Assembly (NCBI GenBank): GCA_017458445.1
Contig: JAFTAX010000110.1
Span: 1 to 51,967 of the forward strand
Length of the DNA stretch: 51,967 nt
Source of the DNA: Ruminococcus sp.
Lineage (GTDB): Bacteria > Bacillota > Clostridia > Oscillospirales > Ruminococcaceae
Direction: 5' to 3'
How positions within the stretch are numbered: the first letter of the stretch is position 1; every line of letters starts with the position of its first letter. The position numbers and the translations under genes are program-made. Below are positions 25,564 through 34,127 of this stretch, piece by piece. Under the pieces are notes generated by a model. It ran no database searches. It was not told the origin of the DNA and saw only the letters and a program-made list of their open reading frames with translations.

Positions 25564-25636
25564 TTTTGTAATATTGTGTCGTATTCGCTCGCTTTAGAAT
25601 CAGCGGGCGAAAACCGTATTCAAAGGAGGAAAAACT

Positions 25637-26224
25637 ATGGCATTGGTACCTTATGTAGTTGAACAGACGAGCAGAGGCGAGAGAAGCTATGACATCTATT
25701 CAAGACTTCTCAACGACAGAATTATAATGCTTTGTGACCAGATTGATGATGCAACAGCAAGCGTTGTAATTGCACAGATGCTCTATCTTGAGGGACAGGA
25801 TCCTGAAAAGGATATCGACCTTTATATCAACAGTCCTGGCGGTGTGATTTCTGCAGGAATGGCAATTTACGATACAATGCAGTATATCAAATGTGATGTA
25901 TCAACAATCTGTATCGGAATGGCAGCATCAATGGGTTCATTCCTTTTGTCAAGCGGTGCAAAGGGCAAGAGATTTGCTCTTCCTAACAGTGAGATAATGA
26001 TTCATCAGCCACTTATTTCAGGCGGTCTTTCAGGCCAGTGTACCGATATCAAAATTCATTCTGACCACCTTGTAAGAACAAGAGAAAAGCTTAATGATAT
26101 ACTTGCACAGAACACAGGAAAATCCATTGAACAGATTGCAGTTGACACAGAAAGAGATAATTTCATGTCAGCACAGGAAGCTTTGGATTACGGTCTTATA
26201 GATAAGGTTATCACAAAGAGATAG
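25637..26224 (+). CDS. clpP: ATP-dependent Clp protease proteolytic subunit
   Basis: [35 protein letters not shown]. Confidence 0.98.
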   Translation: MALVPYVVEQTSRGERSYDIYSRLLNDRIIMLCDQIDDATASVVIAQMLYLEGQDPEKDIDLYINSPGGVISAGMAIYDTMQYIKCDVSTICIGMAASMGSFLLSSGAKGKRFALPNSEIMIHQPLISGGLSGQCTDIKIHSDHLVRTREKLNDILAQNTGKSIEQIAVDTERDNFMSAQEALDYGLIDKVITKR

Positions 26225-26236
26225 GATTGATGAAAA

Positions 26237-27505
26237 ATGGCTAACGATACAATGAAGAAGTGTGATTTCTGCGGAAAGCCTGAAAACAAAGTTAAAAACA
26301 TGTTTTCAGCAGGCGAAAGTCATATCTGCGATGAGTGCGTTCTGTACTGCTTTGAGATACTCGAAGAGCAGGCGGGCGTACCTGGTGCAAAATCCGTTTC
26401 ACGCATTAAAGATGACAAAAAATCTGATGATATCATGCTCAAAAAGCCTGCCGAGATTAAGGCGGTGCTTGATGAATATGTTATCGGTCAGGACGATGCA
26501 AAAATTGCTCTGTCAGTTGCTGTATACAATCATTACAAGCGTATCTTGACACTTGAAGATACCGATGATGTCGAGATTCAGAAGAGTAATGTATTGCTCT
26601 TAGGCCCGACAGGTACAGGTAAAACCTTGCTTGCACAAACATTGGCAAAGCTTTTGAACGTACCGTTTGCAATTGCTGATGCTACAACACTTACTGAAGC
26701 AGGATATGTCGGCGATGACGTTGAAAACGTGCTTACAAGGCTTATACAGGCTGCCAACTATGACGTTGAAGCAGCATCAAAAGGTATCATTTATATTGAT
26801 GAAATTGACAAGATTTCAAGAAAAAGTGAGAACACATCAATCACCCGTGATGTAAGCGGTGAAGGCGTTCAGCAGGCACTTTTGAAAATTATCGAAGGTA
26901 CTGTTTCAAACGTGCCACCACAGGGTGGCAGAAAGCATCCTCATCAGGAGTTTATCCAGATTGACACAAAGAATATTCTCTTTATCTGTGGCGGTGCATT
27001 TGACGGACTTGAACGTGTTATCAAAAAGAGAACTGACTCATCATCACTCGGCTTCGGCGGAAGTATAAAGGACAAGACAAAGGACAGCAACATCCTGAAA
27101 AAAGTTCGCCCACATGACCTTGTGAAGTATGGTCTTGTGCCTGAGCTTGTCGGCAGACTTCCAGTCATAACAGTGCTTGATGAGCTGGACGAGGACGCAC
27201 TTTGCAGAATCCTCACAGAGCCTAAAAACTCGCTCTTGAAACAGTATACAAAGCTGTTTAAGCTTGACGGCATTGAGCTTGAGATTACTGATGATGCAAT
27301 GAAAGAAATTGCAAAGCAGACGCTCGCACAAAAGACTGGTGCAAGAGGTCTCAGAGCTATTGTTGAAAAGATACTTACACAGCTTATGTTCGATTGCCCG
27401 TCAGATGACGAAATTGTTGGCATAAAGATTACTGCCGACTGCGTTCTTGGAAACGCTGAGCCTGAAATCAAAAGGGCAAAAAGCTCACCAAGAAAAGGTG
27501 CTTAA
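26237..27505 (+). CDS. clpX: Clp protease ATP-binding subunit ClpX
   Basis: C4 zinc domain [42 protein letters not shown]. Confidence 0.98.
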   Translation: MANDTMKKCDFCGKPENKVKNMFSAGESHICDECVLYCFEILEEQAGVPGAKSVSRIKDDKKSDDIMLKKPAEIKAVLDEYVIGQDDAKIALSVAVYNHYKRILTLEDTDDVEIQKSNVLLLGPTGTGKTLLAQTLAKLLNVPFAIADATTLTEAGYVGDDVENVLTRLIQAANYDVEAASKGIIYIDEIDKISRKSENTSITRDVSGEGVQQALLKIIEGTVSNVPPQGGRKHPHQEFIQIDTKNILFICGGAFDGLERVIKKRTDSSSLGFGGSIKDKTKDSNILKKVRPHDLVKYGLVPELVGRLPVITVLDELDEDALCRILTEPKNSLLKQYTKLFKLDGIELEITDDAMKEIAKQTLAQKTGARGLRAIVEKILTQLMFDCPSDDEIVGIKITADCVLGNAEPEIKRAKSSPRKGA

Positions 27506-27528
27506 TTGTTTTTAAATATTGAGTATAT

Positions 27529-27566
27529 AAAACCGACTTCATTAATAAAGTGAAGTCGGTTTTTTG
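27529..27566 (+). terminator. Intrinsic terminator after clpX
   Basis: AAAACCGACTTCATT..AGTGAAGTCGGTTTTTT. Confidence 0.88.
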
Positions 27567-27650
27567 TTACAGATATTTTATTGGTGCTTGATTTTTTACA
27601 AAAATGTGCTATAATCAGAATATAGAAATTTAACCGATATGGAGGAAATT

Positions 27651-28250
27651 ATGGCTGATTTAAACGCACTTAAAGATAAATTTGTCGAGATTTACAAGGA
27701 TAATATCAATCGTCCAGGCTCCGAAAGACTGCTCGAGTATCTTCTCTCGGACAGCAGCGATTTCTTCACAGCACCTGCTTCCACAAGATATCACGGTGCC
27801 TATGAAGGCGGACTTTGCGAGCATTCAATCAACGTTTATGAATGCCTGAAAAGCTATCTCGAGCGTGAGCGAGTTAAGGACAATTACGGTCTCGATTTTT
27901 CGGACGAAAGCATTGCTATCGTTGCTCTATTGCACGACCTTTGCAAAGTGAATCTTTACCGCACAAGCTTCCGCAACGCCAAAAACGACATGGGCGTCTG
28001 GGAAAAGGTGCCATACTTTGAATATGCGGACACTCTGCCATACGGACACGGCGAAAAATCGGTGTACATAATAAGCGGCTTCATGCGTCTTACTCGTGAG
28101 GAAGCGTTCGCAATAAGATGGCACATGGGCTTCTCAGGCGAGGAGAACAAGAACACTGTAGGCAGGGCACTCGAAATGTTTCCGCTTGCACTTGCTGTCA
28201 ATATCGCCGATATGGAAGCAACATTCCTCCTCGAAGGCGGCAAAGACTAA
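27651..28250 (+). CDS. HD-domain metal-dependent phosphohydrolase
   Basis: FFTAPASTRYHG, GGLCEHS, LLHDLCK, GHGEKS, IRWHMG, AD; SD GGAGG. Confidence 0.9.
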   Translation: MADLNALKDKFVEIYKDNINRPGSERLLEYLLSDSSDFFTAPASTRYHGAYEGGLCEHSINVYECLKSYLERERVKDNYGLDFSDESIAIVALLHDLCKVNLYRTSFRNAKNDMGVWEKVPYFEYADTLPYGHGEKSVYIISGFMRLTREEAFAIRWHMGFSGEENKNTVGRALEMFPLALAVNIADMEATFLLEGGKD

Positions 28251-28258
28251 CATTTATC

Positions 28259-28573
28259 CATTTGCAAAATAGACCTTATTATGCGACGGTATACAGCTTT
28301 ATTTACTGAGAAGAAACCTTTCTGAAGAAAGGTTGTCCTCTCAGACTCTCTTTCCAAAGACTTTTTAATGATTTTTTTGAGGGTGTGAGATGTTTTTAAA
28401 AGGAACATCTCACTCACATTTTTGTTTTTCTTTGGAAGTTAGCCCAAACCCTCAAAAAAAATAAGTTAGAAGTTTTAGTGAGGGGGTTTGGGGGATGACC
28501 CTTTTTCAAAAGGGTCTCACCCCAATAGATACAACTGTGTACCATTACACAATAAGGTTTGTTTTTACAAATG
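28259..28573. repeat. Long imperfect palindrome, REPIN/MITE-like element copy B (shared core 28290-28541)
   Basis: Arms of about 130 bp are reverse-complementary. Internal hairpins CCTTTC-TGAA-GAAAGG and CCCTTT-TTCA-AAAGGG. Homologous to 6881-7149. Confidence 0.88.
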
Positions 28574-28574
28574 C

Positions 28575-28613
28575 AAAATCAAAGCCTGCTTTATGAAGCA
28601 GGCTTTTTGATTT
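28575..28613. terminator. Bidirectional terminator-like hairpin overlapping the end of the glycosyltransferase gene
   Basis: AAAATCAAAGCCTGCTT-tatg-AAGCAGGCTTTTTGATTT. Confidence 0.7.
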
Positions 28614-29784
28614 GGTCATATACAGCTTTAAAATATGTAACAAGAACGAACGTTACGAGCATGATTGAGAAATTGAATTCGAGTGCTTCCTTGCCGAACA
28701 GATTATGTGCTTCTGCCTGGAACAGACAAAACTCCATAATAAGCAACGTCCAGATTTTCTTTGGATTTATCATCACAAACAGCAGAGCCATAATTGTTGC
28801 AGGGTAGTAATATCTTTCGTGCATGTGTGGCAAAACGAACGGCACAAGCAGTACGAACAATGCACTCAGCGTAACAATATTCTTGTTTGTCAGTTCAATT
28901 TTGCTTCTGAACACTAAGAATATTGCAATGAGAACGATTCCTCCTGCGAAGTAAACACCAGCCTTTGAAAGCTCAGGTGAAGTCACTTCAAACAAAATAC
29001 TCCATGCGTTTTGAATATACATGTTAAGCAGCTTGTATTGTCCTGCCTGCCTGAAATAAACAGTCAGCAGGTGAAGAAAGTTTGCACCAGCCATGACGGC
29101 AGGCATAATCGTTACAAAATACACAAGCGGAAACGCTAAAACAAATGTAGTATTAATCTTGCGTTTCATAAGCAGGATAAGAATTACAGGTGCAAAGAAC
29201 ACAGCCTGAATCTTAAACATAAACGCAATGCTGAAATAAAGCATACAACGCCAGCTTTTGCCTCTGAGTACGCTGTATAACGACAGCACAATAAACAAAG
29301 TGTAGATACTGTCGCATTGACCCCAGGCTGACGAATTGAGTATAACTGACGGCAAAAACAAAGTAACTGCATAAGCAACAAGGCTTTTGTTCTTGCTGTT
29401 TGTCAGGTGCTTTACAGTTTTGTACATCATAATCGCCAGTATCACATCAGCAATACAGGACACCAGTTTAATTGCAACAAGCGGTGAAAGCGGCAGATAG
29501 GTGAGAATCGCCATTATATAATAGTATGTCGGCATATAGTCGCCAATATTCATACCGATTGCAGCAATACCGCCGTTGTCTTTCAGCTGGTTATACCATG
29601 GCAGCAAAAACTGATGATAGTCACCTGATTCCTTAGGGAACAAACAAACTCTTGCAATTAGTGCAAAAACCGTTATCAAAGCAATAAACACAATACTGTC
29701 ATAGTTGATTCTTTTTACGGCTTGCTTTATGTTTTCAAGGTTAAACTTTTCATATATTTTGTTTTTATACTCTTTATTTTCCAT
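28591..29784 (-). CDS. Polytopic GT-C fold glycosyltransferase (GT87/Gpi18-like mannosyltransferase)
   Basis: About 10 TM segments; ESGDY...W, DYMPTY, NSSAWGQCDS, K.QA and P.MHERY motifs. Confidence 0.8.
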   Translation of the reverse strand: MENKEYKNKIYEKFNLENIKQAVKRINYDSIVFIALITVFALIARVCLFPKESGDYHQFLLPWYNQLKDNGGIAAIGMNIGDYMPTYYYIMAILTYLPLSPLVAIKLVSCIADVILAIMMYKTVKHLTNSKNKSLVAYAVTLFLPSVILNSSAWGQCDSIYTLFIVLSLYSVLRGKSWRCMLYFSIAFMFKIQAVFFAPVILILLMKRKINTTFVLAFPLVYFVTIMPAVMAGANFLHLLTVYFRQAGQYKLLNMYIQNAWSILFEVTSPELSKAGVYFAGGIVLIAIFLVFRSKIELTNKNIVTLSALFVLLVPFVLPHMHERYYYPATIMALLFVMINPKKIWTLLIMEFCLFQAEAHNLFGKEALEFNFSIMLVTFVLVTYFKAVYDQIKKPAS

Positions 29785-29872
29785 AAACAAATGCTCCTTT
29801 ATTTACATACTATTATTATACAATATGGAGAATAAATGTCAAGTCCACAAACAACTAAGTAATGATTTTTGC

Positions 29873-29901
29873 TTGCATATCGTAAAAAAACGTGTTATAA
29901 T
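29873..29901 (+). promoter_or_regulatory. Sigma-A promoter of metA
   Basis: TTGCAT-17 nt-TATAAT with TG extension; divergent TTGACA-16-TATAAT at 29815-29842 for the GT gene. Confidence 0.7.
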
Positions 29902-29945
29902 ATAATTTAACGTGACAATTATTACAACAAAAGGTGGGGAAAAGA

Positions 29946-30875
29946 ATGCCAATTATTATACCGGATAACCTTCCTGCGTTTTCAACGCTTGAGGCTGAAA
30001 ATATATTTGTAATCCCTGACGACAGGGCTATTCATCAGGACATAAGAGCGCTTAAAATCGCTATTTTAAACCTTATGCCAAACAAGATTACAACCGAAAC
30101 ACAAATCTTAAGACTGCTCAGTAACACACCTTTGCACGTTGAAATCGACCTTGTGCAGATGGGCAGCCACGTTTCAAAGAATACATCACAAGAGCATATG
30201 CTCAAGTTTTATAAGAACTTTTATGAGGTTAAGGAAAACCTCTATGACGGGCTTATAATCACGGGTGCACCGGTTGAGCAGATGGAGTTTGAGGACGTTG
30301 ACTATTGGGACGAACTTTGCGAAGTTTTTGAGTGGGCAAAAACTAACGTCTTTTCTACAATATATATATGCTGGGGTGCACAGGCAGGCTTGCATTATAA
30401 TTATGGTATACCAAAGTATCCGCTCGACGAAAAGATGTTCGGCGTTTACAAGCACCATATTCTAAACCATGACAGCCTTATTCTCAAAGGCTTTGGCGAC
30501 GTTTTCCATTGTCCACATTCACGCCATACAGAGATAAGACTTGAAGATGTGAAAAATGAGCCTGACCTTGTGGTTCTTGCAAAATCGTATGAAGCAGGAG
30601 TCCATCTTGTATGTGATAAGGCAGAACGCAATTTCTATCTTACAGGCCACTGGGAATATGATCGTGAAACACTAAGCAGTGAATACTTCCGTGACGTTGA
30701 AAAGAGGCTTCCAATCAACATACCTGAGAACTATTACCCAGACGACAAGCCGACTAATTCTCCGCTTTATAACTGGGGCTGTTCTGCAAATCTTTTCTAT
30801 GCAAACTGGCTTAACTACTGCGTATATCAGCGTACACCATTTGATCTTAATGACCTTAAAGAAGGAAAAGTATAA
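29946..30875 (+). CDS. metA: Homoserine O-acyltransferase, MetA family (likely acetyltransferase)
   Basis: QDIRAL.I.ILNLMP, ITGAPVE (Glu at the specificity position is associated with acetyl-CoA use), ICWGAQA, PHSRH, GHWEY. Confidence 0.95.
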   Translation: MPIIIPDNLPAFSTLEAENIFVIPDDRAIHQDIRALKIAILNLMPNKITTETQILRLLSNTPLHVEIDLVQMGSHVSKNTSQEHMLKFYKNFYEVKENLYDGLIITGAPVEQMEFEDVDYWDELCEVFEWAKTNVFSTIYICWGAQAGLHYNYGIPKYPLDEKMFGVYKHHILNHDSLILKGFGDVFHCPHSRHTEIRLEDVKNEPDLVVLAKSYEAGVHLVCDKAERNFYLTGHWEYDRETLSSEYFRDVEKRLPINIPENYYPDDKPTNSPLYNWGCSANLFYANWLNYCVYQRTPFDLNDLKEGKV

Positions 30876-30905
30876 ACAGCTTTGAATTGAATTTGAAGGT
30901 ATTTT

Positions 30906-31838
30906 ATGAAAATCAAAAAAAGATTTTTGGCATTAGCTATAATGCTGTCAGTTGCATTGCTTTGTGCCTGTTCATCAGAACAGAGCAGTCCAAAAAATCG
31001 GACAACTACAAAAACTGAAAAAGCCGCAAGCTCAGTAAAAGAAAAGCAAAAGAAAAAAGAGCCTGAGCATATAAAGCTTGACAACCAGGACTTTAACAAA
31101 GCCTGCAAGAAAATGGACAAGCTTATTGCGGACTATCCGTTTACATCTGAAGTGCTGGTTTATTCGCTTGACAAAGGGAATATATACTATCACAACATTG
31201 ATGAGCTGATGTATAGTGCAAGCACAGTCAAGCTGACTTATGTTTACTACTGCTGTACGGAAATTGAAAAGGGCAACCACACGCTTGATGAAACCTATGA
31301 ATACACCGAGAATTACTATAGTGACGGCTCGGGTGCAATTCAGTACATGGACTTCGGCACAATGCTTTCTTTGCAGGAAATCATAAACTACACAATGCTA
31401 TATTCGGACAACATCGGATACAATATGCTGGTCAGCATTTTCGGTCCTGACGGCTATAATCAGCTGATGAGTGAAATGGGATACGGTATGCAGATTTCTT
31501 ATCAGAACTACTACACCCAGCTTAACGCTCAGGTGCTGAAAGACTTTATGCTTAAGGTATATGAAAAGCGTAACGATGATTTTTGCTGGCAGGTAGTCTG
31601 GAATGCACTTATCTGGTCAACCGACAGCATCATGAAAAAAGAGATTGGCAATCTCGGCGACATGGCAGTAAAGTGCGGTACTGTCGAGGGAATATATCAC
31701 GAAGTTGTCTTTCTTGACACAGATTCGCCGTACATAATCGCAGTTTTAACAAAGACAAATCTCGTTGACGAAGGCGATGAGGAGCTGTTTCGTAGTATCG
31801 CAAAATGTGCAAACGAGATGATTGAAGCGATAAAATGA
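30906..31838 (+). CDS. Serine hydrolase lipoprotein, class A beta-lactamase/PBP-like fold
   Basis: Lipobox LLCAC; ASTVK (SxxK), YSDN, and KCG in place of KTG. Confidence 0.8.
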   Translation: MKIKKRFLALAIMLSVALLCACSSEQSSPKNRTTTKTEKAASSVKEKQKKKEPEHIKLDNQDFNKACKKMDKLIADYPFTSEVLVYSLDKGNIYYHNIDELMYSASTVKLTYVYYCCTEIEKGNHTLDETYEYTENYYSDGSGAIQYMDFGTMLSLQEIINYTMLYSDNIGYNMLVSIFGPDGYNQLMSEMGYGMQISYQNYYTQLNAQVLKDFMLKVYEKRNDDFCWQVVWNALIWSTDSIMKKEIGNLGDMAVKCGTVEGIYHEVVFLDTDSPYIIAVLTKTNLVDEGDEELFRSIAKCANEMIEAIK

Positions 31839-31868
31839 TATTAATAATACACTTTTTTCAAAAAAGCC

Positions 31869-31897
31869 TTGACAAAGGCAAATATGTGGTGTATAAT
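31869..31897 (+). promoter_or_regulatory. Consensus sigma-A promoter of the infC operon
   Basis: TTGACA-17 nt-TATAAT. Confidence 0.85.
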
Positions 31898-31904
31898 AAT
31901 TTAG

Positions 31905-32035
31905 AAACAAAGCAGAACTTAATCCGTTCTCACCTCGTGCGTGCATAAGGACACTGTGGAGAGGTCAACATAAATTACTATTACTATGAGTTATTTGTGC
32001 GAGTATGGATTTAGTCTGTACTCGTTTTTATTTTA
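31905..32035 (+). promoter_or_regulatory. L20 ribosomal leader (attenuator)
   Basis: AAGCAGAAC..CCGTTCTCACCT...AGG core; terminator CGAGTATGGA-ttag-TCTGTACTCG-TTTTT upstream of infC-rpmI-rplT. Confidence 0.85.
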
Positions 32036-32055
32036 ATTTTTGGAGGTGCTTTGTC

Positions 32056-32580
32056 ATTAGCAATAACAAAAGAGAACATCAGATCAATGAAGATATTCGT
32101 GATAAGGAATTGCGAGTAATTGATGCTGACGGATCACAGCTCGGAATCATGTCCGCAAACGAAGCGTTGGAAATCGCTTATCAAAAGGATCTTGATCTTG
32201 TAAAAATCGCTCCTCAGGCTACACCACCTGTATGCAGAATTATGGACTATGGTAAATTCTGCTTTGAACAGGCTAAGCGTGAAAAGGAACAGAGAAAAAA
32301 TCAGAAGACTATTGATACTAAGGAAGTAAGAATGTCCTCAACTATCGATACTAATGATTTTAATACAAAGGTCAACCAGGCTGTAAAGTTTTTAAACGGA
32401 GGAAACAAGGTAAAGGTTTCCGTAAGATTCCGTAAGAGAACAGTTGCACATCCGCAGTTTGGTGAAGAGCTTCTTGTAAAATTCAAGGAAGCAATCTCAG
32501 AAGTTGGCGTTGTTGACAAGCCGTCAAAAATGGAGGGACGAAGCTTAGTGATGTTCGTATCTCCAAAGAGTGGTAAATAA
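32056..32580 (+). CDS. infC: Translation initiation factor IF-3 (ATT start)
   Basis: GGAGGTG SD followed by ATT at 32056; INEDIR, LDLVKIAP, PPVCRIMDYGKF, KVKVSVRFR. Confidence 0.96.
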   Translation: MSNNKREHQINEDIRDKELRVIDADGSQLGIMSANEALEIAYQKDLDLVKIAPQATPPVCRIMDYGKFCFEQAKREKEQRKNQKTIDTKEVRMSSTIDTNDFNTKVNQAVKFLNGGNKVKVSVRFRKRTVAHPQFGEELLVKFKEAISEVGVVDKPSKMEGRSLVMFVSPKSGK

Positions 32581-32599
32581 TTTAAGGAGGATAAATAAT

Positions 32600-32797
32600 A
32601 TGCCAAAGATTAAAACACATTCTGGTGCTAAAAAACGTTTTTCAGTAACAGGCAGCGGCAAGGTTAAATTCCAGCACACAAACAAAAGACACAGACTTAC
32701 ACAGAAGGATCACAAGCGTAAGAGAATTCTTCGTGGAGCAGCTTATGCTGATGATTCAAACATCAAGAACGTAAAGGCATTGATCACATACAAATAA
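32600..32797 (+). CDS. rpmI: 50S ribosomal protein L35
   Basis: MPKIKTHSGAKKRFSVTGSGKVK; SD AAGGAGG. Confidence 0.97.
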   Translation: MPKIKTHSGAKKRFSVTGSGKVKFQHTNKRHRLTQKDHKRKRILRGAAYADDSNIKNVKALITYK

Positions 32798-32847
32798 TCA
32801 CGAGTTGTAGGGACACAAACTAATTAATATTTCAGGAGGTAATATCT

Positions 32848-33201
32848 ATGGCTCGAGTAAAGGGAGCAATGATGACTCGTAAGAGAAGAAATAAAACTCT
32901 TAAGCTTGCAAAAGGTTACTTTGGTGCAAAGAGCAAGCATTTTAAAATGGCTAAACAGGCCGTAATGAAATCAGGACAGTATGCTTACATTGGAAGAAAG
33001 CAGAAGAAAAGAGATTTCAGAAAGCTCTGGATCACAAGAATTTCTGCAGCAGCTAAATTAAATGGTATGAACTATTCAACATTTATGAACGGCGTTAAGA
33101 AGGCAGGAATCACTCTTAACAGAAAAATGCTTTCAGAGATTGCAATTAACGATCCTGAAGGTTTTACAGCAATAGTTGAAAAGGCTAAGGCTGCACTTTA
33201 A
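32848..33201 (+). CDS. rplT: 50S ribosomal protein L20
   Basis: [39 protein letters not shown]. Confidence 0.98.
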   Translation: MARVKGAMMTRKRRNKTLKLAKGYFGAKSKHFKMAKQAVMKSGQYAYIGRKQKKRDFRKLWITRISAAAKLNGMNYSTFMNGVKKAGITLNRKMLSEIAINDPEGFTAIVEKAKAAL

Positions 33202-33211
33202 TACAATAATT

Positions 33212-33241
33212 AACACGCACGTTTTAATACCTGCGTGTTTT
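33212..33241 (+). terminator. Terminator after rplT
   Basis: AACACGCA...TGCGTGTTTT. Confidence 0.65.
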
Positions 33242-33298
33242 GTTGTTTAATGGGGAGTCAAAAATCGGTAGATATTTCATAAGGAAGCGGTTGATTTT

Positions 33299-34111
33299 AT
33301 GCATATTGCAAGCAAGGACAATCCTAAAATCAAGTTGTATTCAAAGCTTTTAAGCTCAAAAAAAGCAAGAGCTGAGCATGGGCTTTTTGTGCTTGAAGGA
33401 GCAAGACTTTGCAGTGAAGCTCTGACAAAATGGAAAGAGGGAAAGCTTAAACTTCACTCTGTCTTTGCAACAAAAAATGCACTTGTGAAATATCCCGATT
33501 ATATAGACAATGCATTGTTTGACCAAAACCCTGAGCTGTTTTACACTGTCGATGACAAGGTTGCAGACAAGCTCGGTGAAACAAAAGAGTCGCAGGGAGT
33601 ATATGTTATCGCTTATATGAGCAATAATAATTTTGATAGGACCTGCATAAAATCAAACGGCAAATATCTTGTTATGAACAATCTTCAGGACCCGGGCAAC
33701 GTAGGTACGATACTTCGCACCTGTGATGCTGTCGGAATTGACGGCGTTGTAATGACAAACAACTGCTGCGATTTGTATAACCCGAAGGTGCTGAGGGCTG
33801 CAATGGGCAGTGTCTTTCGTCTGAATGTCTACACCTGTGATGATTTTTCATCAGTCTGCAAGCTGTTTGAAAGCAGGGATATCAAAACTATGGCAGCGGT
33901 TGTGGATAAGGACGCACAGGCGGTTGAAAGCGTTGACTATACGCAAGGCGGTGCAATAGTTATCGGCAACGAGGGCAAGGGATTAAAGGCTGATGACGTT
34001 TCACTTTGCGATATGAAGATAACAATTAAAATGCAGGGTAATATTGAATCTCTCAACGCTGCAATGGCAGCAGGAAGAATACTCTGGGAGATGAACAGGG
34101 AACAGCTTTGA
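33299..34111 (+). CDS. TrmH/SpoU family RNA 2'-O-methyltransferase
   Basis: IASKDNPKIK, QDPGNVGTILRT, NPKVLRAAMGS, IGNEGKG, ESLNAA. Confidence 0.93.
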   Translation: MHIASKDNPKIKLYSKLLSSKKARAEHGLFVLEGARLCSEALTKWKEGKLKLHSVFATKNALVKYPDYIDNALFDQNPELFYTVDDKVADKLGETKESQGVYVIAYMSNNNFDRTCIKSNGKYLVMNNLQDPGNVGTILRTCDAVGIDGVVMTNNCCDLYNPKVLRAAMGSVFRLNVYTCDDFSSVCKLFESRDIKTMAAVVDKDAQAVESVDYTQGGAIVIGNEGKGLKADDVSLCDMKITIKMQGNIESLNAAMAAGRILWEMNREQL

Positions 34112-34127
34112 CCTGAGGAGTGCTTGT

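Noticed and set aside
25584-25611. Hairpin TTCGCTCGCT..AGCGGGCGAA between tig and clpP considered as a + strand terminator
   Set aside because: There is no U-tract on the + strand; it is more likely an mRNA-stabilising or processing hairpin within the operon.
29901-29945. SAM riboswitch or T-box ahead of metA (and a T-box ahead of leuS or thrC)
   Set aside because: The leaders or intergenic gaps are only about 20-45 nt, with no such motifs.
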